A stretch of DNA of 64,000 nucleotides from Mobula hypostoma. Taxonomy: Eukaryota. The number at the start of each line of letters is the position of its first letter. The stretch's first letter is position 1. The DNA lies in NCBI RefSeq assembly GCF_963921235.1, contig NC_086108.1:74898001-74962000 (forward strand), in the 5' to 3' direction. The notes under the pieces were generated by a model. It was not told where the DNA came from. It saw only the letters and a program-made list of their open reading frames with translations, and made no database searches. Shown one piece after another: positions 25,725 through 40,082 of this stretch. Position numbers and translations under genes: made by a program.

Positions 25725-26890
25725 GAATTAAATTGAATTGAATTGACTTATTACTAACTTCCTTCATATACATGAGGAGTAAAAGTCTGTATGTTATGTT
25801 GCCATCTAAACGTGCAATGTGCAATTTATAGTAATTTATAATAAACAGTATGTACAACAGAACTGTCAATATAACATAAAAATACAATTGTATCAGCATG
25901 AATTAATCATTCTGATGGCCTGGTGGAAGAAGCTGTCCCGGAGCCTGTTGGTCCTGGCTTTTATACTGTGGTACTATTTCCCAGATGGTAACAGCCGGAA
26001 CAGTTTGTGGTTTGGGTGACTCAGGTCCCCAATGATCCTTTGGGCCAGTTTTACACACTTGTCTTTGTAAATGACCTGAATAGTGGGAAGTTCATGTCTA
26101 CAGATGCGCTGGGCTGTCTGCACCACTCTCTGCAGAGTCCTGCAATTGAACAAAGTACAGTTCCCATACGAGGCAGTGATGCAGCCAGTCAGGATGCTTT
26201 CAGTTGTGCCCCTGTAGAAAGTTCTTAGGATTTGGGGGCCCACGCCAAACTTCTTCAACTGTCGGAGGTGAAAGAGGCACTGTTGTGCTTTTCTCACCAG
26301 ACGGCCGGTTATGTACAGACCATGTAAGATCCTCTGTGATCTGTATGCCAAGGAACTTAAAGCTGTTCACCCTCTCAACCCCAGATCCATTGATGTCAAT
26401 AGGGGTTAGCCTGTCTCCATTCCTCCTGTAATCCACAACCAGCTCCCTTGTTTTTGCGACATTGAGGGAAAGGTCGTTTTCTTGACACCACTGTGTCACA
26501 GTGATGGGTTCTTCTCTGTAGGCTGCCTCATTATTATTTGAGATTAGGTCAATCAATGTAGTATTGTTAGCAAATTTAATTAGCAGATTGGAGCTGTGGG
26601 TGGCGACACAGTTATGGGTATACAGAGAGTAAAGGAGGGGGCTTAGGACACGGTCCTGAGGGACAACAGTGTTGAGGGTCAGAGGGGTAGAGCTGAGGCA
26701 GCCCACTCTTACCACCTGCCCGCAATCTGACAGGGAATTCAGGATCCAGCTGCACAAGGCAGGGTGAAGACTGAGGTCTCTGAGCTTCTTGCTGAGCCTG
26801 GAGGGAATTATGGTGATGAATGCTGAATTGTAATCCAAGAACAGCATTTTCACATAAGCATCCTCCTTCTCCAGATGTGTAAGGACGGTT
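25725..26890 (-). mobile_element. Rex1/Babar LINE (RT), inserted in a Penelope remnant (about 25390-27100)
   Basis: ORF 26200-26934: MLFLDYNSAF...VLSPLLYSLYTHNC...IKFANNTT...FKFLG; ORF 25974-26351; (TTCAA)n tail. Confidence 0.9.
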
Positions 26891-27894
26891 CTCCATCCCA
26901 CTCCCATTCTCAACCACCTAGTTGTGAAAAACACCTCATCTTCTGTTGAGGCTTGCTGCAGCTTTCCAGAATCAAAAGAAAATCAACAGTTTCACTGAAA
27001 TGTTAATTGTGTTTCTTTTCCCACAGATGTCACTTGAACCATTGAGTGTTTCCATTAATTTCTGTTTTATATCAGATTTCCTGTGTCAACAGCAGTTTTT
27101 ATTTTTATATCATTAAAACTCCTATGTGAAAAGAATGAAATTCTGTAGAGATGGATGCAAAAAGACTGGAGGGTGTAAGATCAATCCTTGCTGTAGTCTG
27201 TCTTTTATATAAATAATTAGATTGTTGGTGTTAGAAATGATGAATTAGGTTTTTGGGATAATTTAAATGTAAACCTGTCCCATAGTTCACTATGTTCAAT
27301 CACTTTCTCCAGAACAGGCTTCCATGCCCTCAGGGACCTTGATTTTGGATTAATTTGTTGAGTATATCACAGCTAAGGAACAAAATGATCTCGGGTATTT
27401 TATGTGCATAATCTTGGAATTTGGATGACATTTCTATTAAGTTACTTTATCTTGTGATGTGATCATTTCTGTACCAGGAACAATAATGGGATTGAATCTG
27501 GCAATGGAAGCAAATATGACTTACTCGAACTGAGCTCAAGAAAAATCTGGATCAATGCCATGTAGATGGAACATCTTAAGCAAAGGATCAAATTCAAATT
27601 TGAGACCACGTCAATCTGCAAAATGTTGTGTCAAATAACAAATGAAACATCATTTGATGAAAGGAACATATGCACAAAGTAGTATTTTTGACTTTTTATG
27701 AACAGGTTTAGTTGGTGCTTAATTCTTGAGCTATTTAGCCCTTAGGTTACTGGGAAAAATAGCATAGTAAATCAGACAGAAGCTGTGAAAAAAAGAATTA
27801 AAAAACCAACTAAGCTCAAGATTACAGATGCACATTTCATATCCATTAGTAGACACTTAAAATCTTAACACTTTAATTTCCTGTATTATTGGTT

Positions 27895-30800
27895 GGCTGA
27901 TTGTTTTATTTGTGTCACATGTATCAAGATACAGAGAAAAGCTTGTTTTGTATACAATTCATACAGATTAAATCAATACATAGTGTGTTGAGGTAGAATA
28001 ATGTAAAATGCTAGCATTGCAGAACAGAGTGTATAAGTTACTAAAAAACGTCACCTTATCGTACAAGAGCTCTGTTCAAGTCTGATAATAGTCGGATAGA
28101 AGCTGTCCTTGAACCAGCTGGTATGTGCTTTCAGTCTTTTGTATCTGCTGCCTGATACGAGAAGAGAGAATGCTTGAGGTGGGTGAGGTTTTTGATTATG
28201 TTGGTTGCTTTACTGAGACAGTGAGAAGTACTGTATGTAGACATAGAGGGGAGGTTTGTTCCCGTGCTGTGCTGAGCTGTGTCTGCAAATCTGCAGTTTC
28301 CTGTGGTCACATACAGGACAGTTGCCATGCCAAGCCATTACGCATCCAGATTGAATGTTTTCTAAGGTGCATCAATAAGAATTGGTAAAGATCGATAGGG
28401 ATATGCCAAATTTCTTTAGCCTCCTGAGGAAGTAGAAGCGATAGTGAGCTTTCCTGGCCATGACATCAATGTGATTGAGTCAGGAAACCCAATTACGTTG
28501 AAGTCATGAACAGGAAAGGACATTGCTGACGTTCACATCTAGGAACTTGAAGCTGTCAACCCCCTCAACCTCAAAAGAATTGATATAAGCAAGAGTCAGT
28601 GCACTGTGTTTCTTTCTGAAGTCAATGGCCAGCTCTTTTATTTTGTTGACTTTGAGGGAAAAGTTGTTGCATTGACACCATGTCACCAAGCGCCGTAACT
28701 TCTTCCTGTAGTCTGACTCATCGTTATTTCAGATATGGCCCACTATGGCGGTATCATCTGTAAACTTGTAGGTGGATTTAGAGTAGAATCTGGCCACAAA
28801 GTCATGAATGTAGATTGAGTAGAGTAGGAGCCCAGGGCACAGCCTTGAGGAACACCAGTGCTTAGGATAATTGTGGCAGAGGTGTTTCTGACTAACTTTA
28901 CTGATTGAGTTCTTTTGTTCAGGAAGTCAAAGATCCAGCTGCAGAGGGAGGCATTGGCATGCAGGTTTCCTAGTTTGGTCATGAGTTTGCTTGGAATAAT
29001 AGTGTTGAAGGCAGAACTATTGTCTGTCACAGTTGTCTGACAGTTCCTGTAAGCTGGTAGCACATTCAGTCACAGCTGTCTATCCGGGAACAAACCAAGG
29101 TGTAGTTGTTCGTTCTTTGCATCTTTTGTGCAACTGCAAGAAACTGCTGGATATTGAGAACATCAAGTGCAGCAGATCTGTCCCACTGGTGGTGGAGCTG
29201 GACATGTTGAGTATCGTGCTGCCACCTAAGGAGAAAGGTGTCAGAGGCAGTGCATGCTTCAACAAACGGTGCAAATGATTGTCTTGGATGCCTTCTTGTG
29301 ATTACAAGACCTTGTTGGATGTTGGTAATATAGAATACTGCAAGGCTGGTTCACTGGTTCATTGGCGGGGCCAATAGCAGGGGAGCTGCAAGGCCTCGGT
29401 TAAGGTGTGGACCAGGCTCTCAGGCCACAGAGCTGCCTGTTGCAGCCACCCAGGGAAGGTGACACCAGAGCCAGTATGGGAGAGAGTTGGAGTCCATGCT
29501 GGGCTGGGGGCTGGACATTTCTGTCAATGCTGCTCTCCAGTGTTCACTCAGGTGAAGGCAAGTTGGATTATATTCAACTGTGGCTGCGCTATCACGTGTT
29601 GAGTACTACTATACCATCAATCTACAGGCCAGGATACTCAGGAACTTGGGCTATGTGATTTTTTGTGACTGTATGTTTTTCTTATATCATAACTATATGT
29701 TCTATAAGTGCTGTGTGTGACTGTTGGCATTCTGTTCTGCACTTTGGCTCTAAAGGAACCCTGTTTCATTTCGCTGTATTTATGTGTATGCTTGAATGAC
29801 AATTGAACTTGAACTTGTACTTGAAGTTTACCATCCAAATGCTTCAGGAATGAGCGTAGTGCCAGCTGCTGTAGACCTGTTATGGCAGTGGGAATATTGC
29901 AGTGGTTGAAGTTGCCTGGGAAGCTGGAGTTGATGCTTGCAAAGACCAACTCTCAAAACATTTCACCATGGTAGATGTAAGAGCCACTGAGTGGTAGTCG
30001 TTAAAGCCCGTTGTCTTGTGCTTTTTTTTTGGGATGTGTGGGATGATAGTGGTCTTAAAGCAGGAGAGAACCACGGGCTGAAGCAGGATAAGGTTAATAA
30101 TGTCTGCAAATACCGCTGCTAACTGATCCACACAGGATCTAAGTATGTGGCCAGGGTCACCATCTGGGCCTAATGCTTTCTGTGGGTTCACACTCTGGAA
30201 GACTGATCTTATGTCCGTGAAGTGACTGTAGATTCACATACACTGGAGGATGTCAAGGTGGGTTGTCACATACCCATTCCCTTCTGTTCAAAATATGTAT
30301 AGAATGTGTTAAACTCATCAGGAAGCTGCTTGACTTTCTTTGTAGCCCATTATATCAGGTAAGCCCTGCTACAACTGATGGCTGGTCTGGGAGTTGATTT
30401 TGGACTAGTACTGCCTCTTTCATCACTGATAGCTTCAGGGAGGTCATATTTTAATTTCTTGCAAAGGTCAGGATCACCTGATTTGAATGCTGCAGGCCTA
30501 AACTTCAGAAGAGAGTGGATCTCCCAGTTCAACTATGGTTTCTGGTTTGGAATTACCCAGATTGTCCTCTTGGGTACACAGTTCCCAACATACTTGCTGA
30601 TGAAGTCCATGGTGGTGGTGTCATACTCATCTATGCTGGCAGATGAGTCTTTGGTCATGGACCAGTCTGCTGACTCACAGAAGTCTCATGGAAACTCATT
30701 TGTATACTCAGACCAGCACTGTATGAATTTCTGTGCTGGATCCTCACATTTCAGCTTCAGCATTTTACCCAGTGAGAAGCAGCACAACCTAGTATTGTGA

Positions 30801-30950
30801 TTTACCAAACTGTGGAAGGAGGATGGCTTGGTAGGCACCTTAGGTGGTTGTACAATGGATATTTGGGCTTTTGGTGGGTAATATTGCGAGTACTCATTCT
30901 TGAGGTTGACCTGGTTAAAGTCACTTGCAATTATGGAAAGGGCCTCTGAG
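27895..30950 (-). mobile_element. Long degenerate Rex1/Babar LINE
   Basis: Fragments [39 protein letters not shown]...GVPQGC, SFKFLDV; interrupted at about 29030-29826. Confidence 0.8.
29030..29826 (+). mobile_element. Non-autonomous retroelement with a Rex-like tail
   Basis: Interrupts the minus-strand Rex1 RT; ends TGAATGACAATTGAACTTGAACTTGTACTTGAA. Confidence 0.6.
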
Positions 30951-31914
30951 TACCTCATTTCAAGACCATAAGAGTGTAAACCATAGGAGCAGAGTTTGGC
31001 CATTTGTCCCATCGAGTCTGCTCTGCCATTTCATTGCAGCTGATCCATTTTTTGTCTCAACTCCAATCTCCTGCCTTCTCCCCATATCCCTTCATGCCCT
31101 GACCAATCAAGTATCTATCAACCTCTGCCTTAAATATACATAAAAGACTTGGCCTCCACAGCTGCTGGTGGCAACAAATTCCACAGATTCACTACTCTCT
31201 GGCTCAATAAATTCCTCCTCATCTCCGTTCTAAAATGACACCCCTCTGTTCTGAGGCTGTGTCCTCTGGTCTTAGACACTCCCACAATAGGAAACATCCT
31301 CTCCACATCCACTCTATCAAGGCCTTTCACCATTCAGTAGGTTTCTATTAGGTCAGCCTTCGCTCTTCTGAATTCCAGTGACTACAGATCCAGATCCACT
31401 AAACCGGTCTTCATGTGACAAACTATTTTTGTGAACTTCCTTTGAACCCTCTCCAGTTTCAGCACATCCTTTCTAATATAAAGGGCCCAACCTGCTCACG
31501 ATACTCGACTTGAGGCCTCACCAGTGCCTTATAAAGTTTCAACGTTGCATCCTTACTTTTATAGTCTAGTCCTCTTGAAACAAATGCTAACATCACATTC
31601 ATCTTCCTCACCACAAACTCAATCTGCAAATTAACCTTTAGGGAATCCTGCACAAGGACTCCCAAGTCCCTTTGCACCTCAGTTTTTTGTATTTTCTCTC
31701 CACTTAGAAAATAGTCGACCCTTTCATTTCTTCTACCAAAGTGCATGACCATACACTTCCTGACACTGTATTCCATCTACCACTAATTTGCCCATGTTCC
31801 CAATCTGTCTAAGTCCCTCTGTAGCCTCAAAACTACCTGCCCTTCCATCTATTTCATATCATCTGCAAACTTTGCAACAAAGCAAACAATTCCAGATCAT
31901 TGACATATAACAAA

Positions 31915-32768
31915 GTAAGAGGAGGAGCTTAGGAGAATAATGGCACCTAACAGCGACTCCTTTGCTTGCATCTTCAGAAACAGCTCTATTTCTATCTTTA
32001 ATATCTCTATTTTTCCCTTTCAGTGTTATTTTGAAGACCCTGACCTGGAGTAACACGCTGACTTCGGTCCTTTGCGGGAATGGGATCTCACGACTGGCCA
32101 CTATTTGATGTGCCAAGGACATGGCCTAGAAGACTAGCGTGCCTTCAGGGTTCTGAAATTTCATGGCTCTGGAGGTGAGTGGACTTGTGGTTGGTGCCGC
32201 CGCAGGAAATTGATGTGTTGTGGGAGATGGAAGATCAAAAACAGTAAGCTGGCTGTTGGCTGTACGCCTAGAGACCCGAGTTCTTTGTGCACAGAGCTCG
32301 GAAGAAGCAACGCAACAGACTTTTAACATTGTAAATCAGTGAGTTGTTTGTTATGTCTCCCCTCTTCTCCCCTCTTGCTGTGAAACAGGGACACCTCTTT
32401 TTCCCTTGTTAGGGAGAGAGAGAGAGAGAAAGAGGGAGAGAGAAGAGAGCGTCTGTGGTATGTCGAATTACCAGGTGAACGAGTAGTCTTTGGGGTACTG
32501 CAAGTCTGTGTCTTTATTGATGCTTTTCTGCACGCTTGAGTGCTTGGTGGGGGTTGCCGATGTTTTTTTTGCTGGTGGGGGATGGGGGGTGTCATTGCTC
32601 TGCTGCTGCTTATGCATGGGAGGGGGGAGCTGGGAGGGCTTTGAGTTTAACTGTCATTCATTCTTTGGGGCACTCCTCTGTTTTTGTGGATGTTTGCGAA
32701 GAAAAAGAATTTCAGGATGTATATTGTATATATATCTCTGACATTAAATATAGCTTTGAAACCTTTGA
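31915..32768 (+). mobile_element. Non-autonomous non-coding retroelement within CR1
   Basis: Starts GAGGAG...AATAATGGCACC, ends ATTAAA plus (CTTTGAAA)2; CR1 sequence resumes at 32769. Confidence 0.7.
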
Positions 32769-33171
32769 AAGGAATCAGTCCCAACACACACCCCTGTGGA
32801 AGTCAAACAGAGAAAGCTCCCTTTATTCCCACTCTTTGTCTCCTGCCAGTCAGCTACTGCTTTATCCATGCTAGAATCTTTCCTGCAATATCATGGGCTC
32901 GTAGGTTATTAAGCAGCCTCATGTGTGCCACCTGTCAAAGGCCATCTGAAAGTACTCAAAATCAACCGACTATCCTTTGTCTATCTTGCTTGCTATTTCT
33001 TCAAAGAATTCCACCAGATTTGTCAGGCAAGATTTTTCCTTGAGGAAACCATGCTGACTATGGCCGATTTTATCATGTGCCTCCAAGTCCCTCGAAACCA
33101 CATCCTTAACAATGAACTCCAACATCTTCCCAACCAGTGAGGTCAGACTAACTGGCCTATAATTTCCTTTC

Positions 33172-33318
33172 AACACACACAAAAAGGTGGAGAAACTCAG
33201 CAGGTCAGGCAGCATCATGTAAAAGAGTACAGTTGATTGGCTGTCTGGCCTTCTGAGTTCCTCTAGCATTTTGTGTGTGTTGCTCAGATTTCCAGCATCT
33301 GCAGATTTTCCCTTGTTC
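33172..33318. mobile_element. Short Penelope-terminus insertion with inverted arms and 13-bp TSD
   Basis: ATAATTTCCTTTC at 33159-33171 and 33319-33331; arms 33172-33213 and 33240-33281 are imperfect reverse complements. Confidence 0.85.
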
Positions 33319-36300
33319 ATAATTTCCTTTCTTCTGCCTCTCTCCCTTCTTGAAGAGTGGAGAGGTATTTGTAATTTTCCAGTCTTCCAGAAGAATCTAA
33401 TGCTCCCACAATCTGGTGACTCATCTACCTTCAGACCTTTCAGTTTCCCAAGATCCTTCCCCCTAGTAATGCTAACTTCACATACTTCATGACCCCTGAC
33501 ACCTGGAACTGCCACCATACTGCTAGTGTCTTCCACAGAAGACTGATGCAAAATACTTATTCAGTTCATCCTCCATTTCCTTGTCCCCTGTTACTACCTC
33601 TCGAGCATTGTTTACCAGCGGTCCAGTATCACCCCTCGCATCTCTTTTACACTTTATTTATCTGAGGAAACTTTTGATATCCTCTTTAATTTTATTGGCT
33701 AGCTTACTTTCATATTCCATTTTTACCTTGTTAATGACTTTTTTAGTTGCCTTCTGTTGGTGTTTAAAAACTTCCCAATCCTCTGTCATCCAACAATTTT
33801 TGGTCTATTGTATGCTCTCTTTGGCTTTTATGTTGGCTTTGACTTCTCTTGTTAGCCACGGTTGTGTCATCTTGCCTTTAGAATACTTCTTCCTCTTTGG
33901 GACGTATATATCCTGTGCCTTCCAAATTACTTCCAGAAATTTCAGCCATTGCTGCTTTGCCATCATTTGTGCCAGTATTCATTTCCAATCAATTCTAGCC
34001 AACTCCTCTCTCATGCTTCTGTAATTTCCTTTACTCCACTGTAATACTGAAACTTCTGGTATTATCTGGTATTATACATCGGGGCAAATTTGATCATATT
34101 ATGATCACTTGCCCTTAAGGGTTCTTTTACTTAAGCCTTCTAATCAATTCCGGCTCGTTGCACAACATCCAATCCAGAATAGCTGACCCCCTAGTGGGCT
34201 CAAACATCAGCTGCTCTAAAAAGCCTTCTCATTAGCCATTCTAGAAATCTCCCCTCTTGGAATCCTGCACCAAACTGATTTTCCCAATCTACCTGCAGAT
34301 TGAAATCCTCCGTGACAATTGTAGCATTGCTCTTTTGATATGCATTTTCTACCTCCCATTGTAACTTATACACCACATCCTTACAACTGTTTGGGGGTCT
34401 GTATATAACTCCCATCAGGGTCTTTTTACCCTTACAGTTCCTTTGCTCCATTCAACACCTTCTGACCCCATGTTACCTCTTTCTAATGATTTAATTTCAT
34501 TTTTAACCATTAGAGCCATACCACCCCCTCCACTTCCCTGCCTGTCCTTTTGTAACCTTGGGCATTAAGCTTCCAGTTATAATCTTCTTTCAGCCACGAT
34601 TCAGTGATGCCTACAACATCATACTTGTCAATCTGCAACTGTGCTACAAGTTCATCAACCTTATTCCATATACTGCACGCATTCAAATATAACATCTTTA
34701 GACCTGTATTCACCCTTTTTGATTTTTTCCTCCTTTTACATTGCAACTCATCCTGTTGACTGCAATTTTGCCCTGTCGTCAGCCTCTCCTTGCTGGGAGT
34801 CTCACTGCACATTGTCTGTTTGTAAACCAACTACCTCATCTTCATCACTATCACTCTGGTTCCCATTCCCCTGCCAAATTAGTTTAAACCCACCTGAACA
34901 ACTGTAGCCAACCTTCCTGCAAGAGTATTGGATCCCCTCCAGTCCAATTATTATTGAGGGGATCTGCCACAGGTGTACTCTGTACTGGCAGTGCACTTCC
35001 CCTCCTGTCAGTCACCCTCTTTTTCGCAGTGCCTCTTGCCGCTCCTCAACTCAGAAAAACCGCCGCGAAACTCTACCTTTGAGATCTTGCTTGTCGCCCT
35101 GATTAAAAAGTAGCACTTTTTACGCACCCCTGGTGTGGATTATCCGACTCCAAGGTTTCAAGGCTGTTAACCACAGAGCATAGCTCACTGAGTGCAGGCT
35201 TCATGTTTGTCTGAGGTGGGGTGTAGACTGTCGTCAGGAAAGCCAAGGGGTGAACTCCTGTGGCAGGTGGCATGGATGGTACTTCATTGTCAGATATTCC
35301 AAGTTGAGTGAGCAGGTGCTTATTAGAACAGTCACGCCCGAGGACTGCGAGGAGTTGATTACAAAGCAGACCCTTCCGTCTCTAACTTTGCCTGAGGACA
35401 CCGTGTGGCTCATCCGGTGAACTGAGAAACAATGAGGATGAAGGCGCAGTCAGGTGAAGCAGGTGTAACCCACACTTTCCTGCCTGGCACATGTTATTTG
35501 TAGATTGCGATGAGTTATGAATAGCACTTACCTTCCTTGATGAATACTTTTATGCAAAACATCTTAAAGAATTTTGCTTCTAAATTATCCCCCTTAATTG
35601 TTGACACTTAAATTTCCATCTGTGTTGTGATCCTGCCAATTAAAATCTTTGCCATAGAGGAACAAACTTTTAGACTTACTCAAAACTTCAGCCTTATTTC
35701 ACAAAACTTTAAACTAACAAAAACAATGAATATAATACTAACTGTATATTTCCTAATTTTTTTTCCATTCAGATTCCTAATTTCATATAGCACGCTTGTA
35801 CTTGACATTGGAGCTAATCACCAACAACAGAAAAGTTCTACAATAATCAGATGTCTACCCAAGTGTGCAGCTAACCAAGTTCTGCTACCCTATTCCTCTG
35901 TGGCGTTACATTAGTAAATTCTTCAGCTCATTTTTATATTATTTTCTTAAAGCATTTTGGAATTGTAGAGCAAATTTAATGATGCAAGCAGTGCCCCTTT
36001 ACATACAAGATCTTAACTGAAGCAAGAATGTTCTATTCATGCATTCAGTTTATATACTAACACAGTATGTGCCAAAATCCCTTGCCACATTTCTTCAAAA
36101 TACTCAGAGCTCTTTAGTTATGTTACTTCTGTGTATAGAACATGTTGACCATTATTTTTGTTTTGGTTGAGTTGCCAAATAAATGGTTTGTGGTACTTGG
36201 TTATGGAAGCCAGCAATTGAACCTCTGGAATTTGTAGAATTCCTGAATGAAGCATTACATTTTTTGACATATTGATTTTTCTTCCCTCCACCATTCAAGT

Positions 36301-36539
36301 ACACTGCTGGGAATCTAATCCACATGCCCCTCCCTGCTACCTCAAACATCTGTATTTCAATGCCGTCACTAATCCATCATCTAAGTATAAGTCCCAGACT
36401 CCCAAACCTCTCCCCAGTTGTCAGCGCTGGAACATCAGTGTAACCTGATTGGGTCAGGTTGGCAGGCACTGAGGACAAAGACCAGTGATCCCTGTAGTCA
36501 TGGACTGTGGTTAGCAGGATCCAAAGACAAGGACTGGTA

Positions 36540-37102
36540 GCCCATCCAGGTCACTGAGTCCTGAGGTTGCAGCACTGTGTGGGCAAGAGGTACAAGGGCC
36601 AGAGATCAAACTCCCACAATTGTTGAGTCCTGGTGTTGATACCGGAGGTTGAAGCCCAAAGATCAAAGACTATAGTCAGTGAAGTGCCTGAAAATTGAGC
36701 CCCCTGAGTCAGTGTGTCCAGAAGCCAGAGGCTCAATGTCTGTGAGTCTACAACTGTAAGTCCAGGCCAGAGATTGGAGATTGGAGATTGGAGGACCAAA
36801 GTGTGTAAGTCTGAGAGCCTGGGGCCAAGGATTCTGTAGGTGGCCTGTTCTGGGGCTGGATGCTGGTCTAGGTGTGTGAGCAGGTGGGAAAGGGTTGCTT
36901 TGCTGCTTTTGTTTTTGTTTGCTGCTGGTGTTGTTCTGCTGAATGTTGTGGGCATGTAATGTTGGTGCCAGAATGTATGGTGACAATTGCATGTTGTCCC
37001 CAGCACATCATTAAGTTGTGTGGGTTGTTAATGCAAGTGACGCATTTCACCATATGCTTCGATGTACCTGTGGTGAATAAATGAATCTTGATCTAAATCT
37101 GA
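36540..37102 (+). mobile_element. Degenerate non-autonomous retroelement with a Rex-like 3' end
   Basis: Ends GCATTTCACCATATGCTTCGATGTAC...AATAAATGAATCTTGATCTAAATCTGA. Confidence 0.5.
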
Positions 37103-38571
37103 TTTCACTCCAAAGTCCTCGGCCCCCCATGGCCCTACCACAGACCCAGGTGTGTGCAGCCATCAGATACAACTTCAAAATTCAGAACCACAGGGGAAAT
37201 ACTTGATCCTGAAAATAAGCAATGCCCGAAATTATCTTTGGCACTTTGCTGCTGCACCTATTTTGCTCACAGTGGAATTTCGGAGTTGATAGGTTTATAT
37301 GAAAACACAATATCATAAGAAATAGGAGCAGGAGAGAGCGATGAACCTGCTCTATCATGACTGATCTTAAATCTGCACCATTTTTGAGTACTGTTTATTG
37401 ATCTCCACAAACCTTAGCAGCTGAGAAATTTAATGCTTCACTATCCACTGAGTGAAGAAATTTCCCCCTCATCTCAATTCTATATAACCTATCAATATCC
37501 TTAAACTGAGCCCTTGTTCCTAGACACCTTCCTCGCATTTAGCTTGTCAAGCACTTGAAGAATTAGGTTAATTGGTTATTATAAATGTCCTGTGATTAGG
37601 TTAGGGTTAAATAGGTGAATTGCTGGGTGCCTCAGCTTGTTGGACTAGAAGGGCCTGTTCCATGCTGTATCTCTAAATAAATGAAATAAAATAAAAAATG
37701 GTGTGAGGCAGATTACTATATAGTTCTCTGCAAATAATGGAGAAACAAAACAATATATTTCTATTTGGTTCCAAATGAACCTCTTCAGTCAAATTGTTGA
37801 CCATAATTTAGTTATACTCATCATGTAATTTTGTCAATTTCTTTTTCTGTATAGCTATATTTTGCCTTTGGGAAATAAATATTTGTATCGCATGCTTAAA
37901 TGTGTTATCTCAGAGTGGTTATCAACATTGCTTCAGATAAGGTACTTAGAAGTTGCTAAAAATGCACTAGTAGCTGTAAATTTATGACAAACCCAAAGAT
38001 TAAACTGCTGAAGCTAACTTGCTTCAGGCTACTCTGCCTTTTTGTTATTTGTGTCGGGGATTGTACGTAGAGGTTCTACAGTTGTCAGTGTCAACACCTG
38101 ATGCATGCAGTATCAATTTATTGTGCTATTCGTGCTGAAAGATTAATGATTGTCACTGCTGTGAGAATGTGAAGTCATGCAAAGTTGTTCATGAAGGAGT
38201 TCAAATAACTGTGGAGAATCCCAAATGTGTATATTAGGAAAGCCACCGTGGGAGAGTGAAAATCCCTCTCACTTCATGAGCAGTCTTCGTGGAATACTTT
38301 GAGTTAAAGCAAAGCGGCACAGTAACATTCACCATGTGTTTTTAAACAGGATCTACATTAGGCTTGCTTCAGTGCAGCTAGCATCAGCATGCAGTCTAGA
38401 AGACACACTAAGAAAAACAGTTATATAAGCTTAACACTTGTAGCGTTGTAGGATAAGTGGACAGATGACAAAAGATTTCATTTATGCATTCAATGTAAAA
38501 TGGTAGTGATGGAAAATCAGTGAGAACTTGATAGTGACCATAGGAAGCTGTTGAACTGGTTACTATAGGAA

Positions 38572-39345
38572 TAAAGTTCAAAGAAAATTTATTATCAAAA
38601 TATGTAAATATCACCAAATACTACCCCAAGTTTCATTTTCTTGCAGGCATTCACTGTAGAACAAAGAAATACAATAGAATCAAATGATAAACTACATACA
38701 AAGACAGACAAACAACCAATGTGCAAAAGAAGACAAACTGTACAAATACAACAAAAAATTATAACTAAATAAGTAAATAAATAATATTGAGAACGTGAGT
38801 TGTAGAGTCCTTGGAAGGGAGTCCATAGTTTGTGGAATCAGTTCGGTGTTGAGGTGAGTGAAGTTATCCACGCTGGTTTGGAGCCTGATGTTTGAAGGGT
38901 AAACATCTTCCTGAACCTGGTGATGTGGGACCTAAGTCTCCTGTACCTCCTTCTTGATGGCAACAGTGAGAAGACAGTATGGTCTGGTTGGTGGGAGCAC
39001 TTGATGATGGGTGCTGCTTTCTTGTGGCAGTGCTCGATGATGGGGAAGGCTTTGGCTGTGATGGACTGGGTGGTATCCACTAATCTTTGGAGGCTTTTCC
39101 ATTTTTTGGTCATTGCTGTTTCCATATCAGGCTATGATACAACCAGTCAGGATACCCTCTACTGTGAACCTATATAAGTTTGCTTAAGTTTTACATGACT
39201 TGCCAAATCTCTGCAAACCTCTAACAAAGTAAAGACACTACCTTGCCTTCTTTGGCTTTCTTTGTAATGGCACTTAAGTACTAGTGCTGGGACAGATCCT
39301 CTGAAATGATAATGCCAAGAAATTTGAAATTACTGACTCTCAGCA
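38572..39345 (-). mobile_element. Rex1/Babar LINE 3' fragment
   Basis: KSLQRLVDTTQSIT...HTVFSLLPSRRRYR; same 3' UTR family as 51600-51972. Confidence 0.8.
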
Positions 39346-40082
39346 TCTACAGAAATATATCAACCAACTAAACCAAATGTGTTAATAACTAGATATTCTA
39401 GTTTAGAGTGTTGGCTGGGGATAAGTGTTAGCTAGAATATTGAGGAATAACACGACGGTCAATGTTATACATCTGACAGAATCAAAAGAGTTTACATTTA
39501 ACTCCTAGTCCGAACGATATCACCTCCATCAGTGGAGCTCAAACATAGTTCTGGACTAGAGATAGCTTTGATTTTAAACCCTATCCAATATAGATATCTG
39601 CAGGTATGCTCACTATAGGGAGGTTATAGTGTATCCACCTACTCTTCAGGGACTAGCTGTTCCTGTCCAGTATCTGTAGTGAGGTTTAGCTGCAAATCCC
39701 CACTGCTTGAGTGGTGGATAATCCCTCATTATAAAGGAGGAGATACAACTAACAAAGTAGGTTAAATACAGTTATTTTAATGATACACTTTTAAATTTAG
39801 ACAAATAGTTCTTAACACACGTTTAACGCTCACAGAGGATTTCTAATAGGTTAAAAAAATCTGTATTACAGAAGATTTACAAACTACAAAGGATCTCCAA
39901 AAACAAGTGCAAATCTTATGAATTTGAAGAACATATCAATGAGGTGCAGACAAAAGAGTTATCCGTTGCAGAATCCAAACGTTGAGGAATTAATTCTATT
40001 TCTTCTTTCTGTCATTCTCCTTGTCATTCCTAAACAATTCCCAATGCTGCCGATATTTTGATGATTTTCTACTAGATTACAT

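Larger units (their letters stand above)
30961..35090 (-). mobile_element. Degenerate near-full CR1 LINE
   Basis: YLNACSIWNK...VVGITESWL (endonuclease), YRPVSLTS...SCLTNLVEFFEE (RT), QRVVNLWN; tail at 30961; two internal insertions. Confidence 0.9.
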
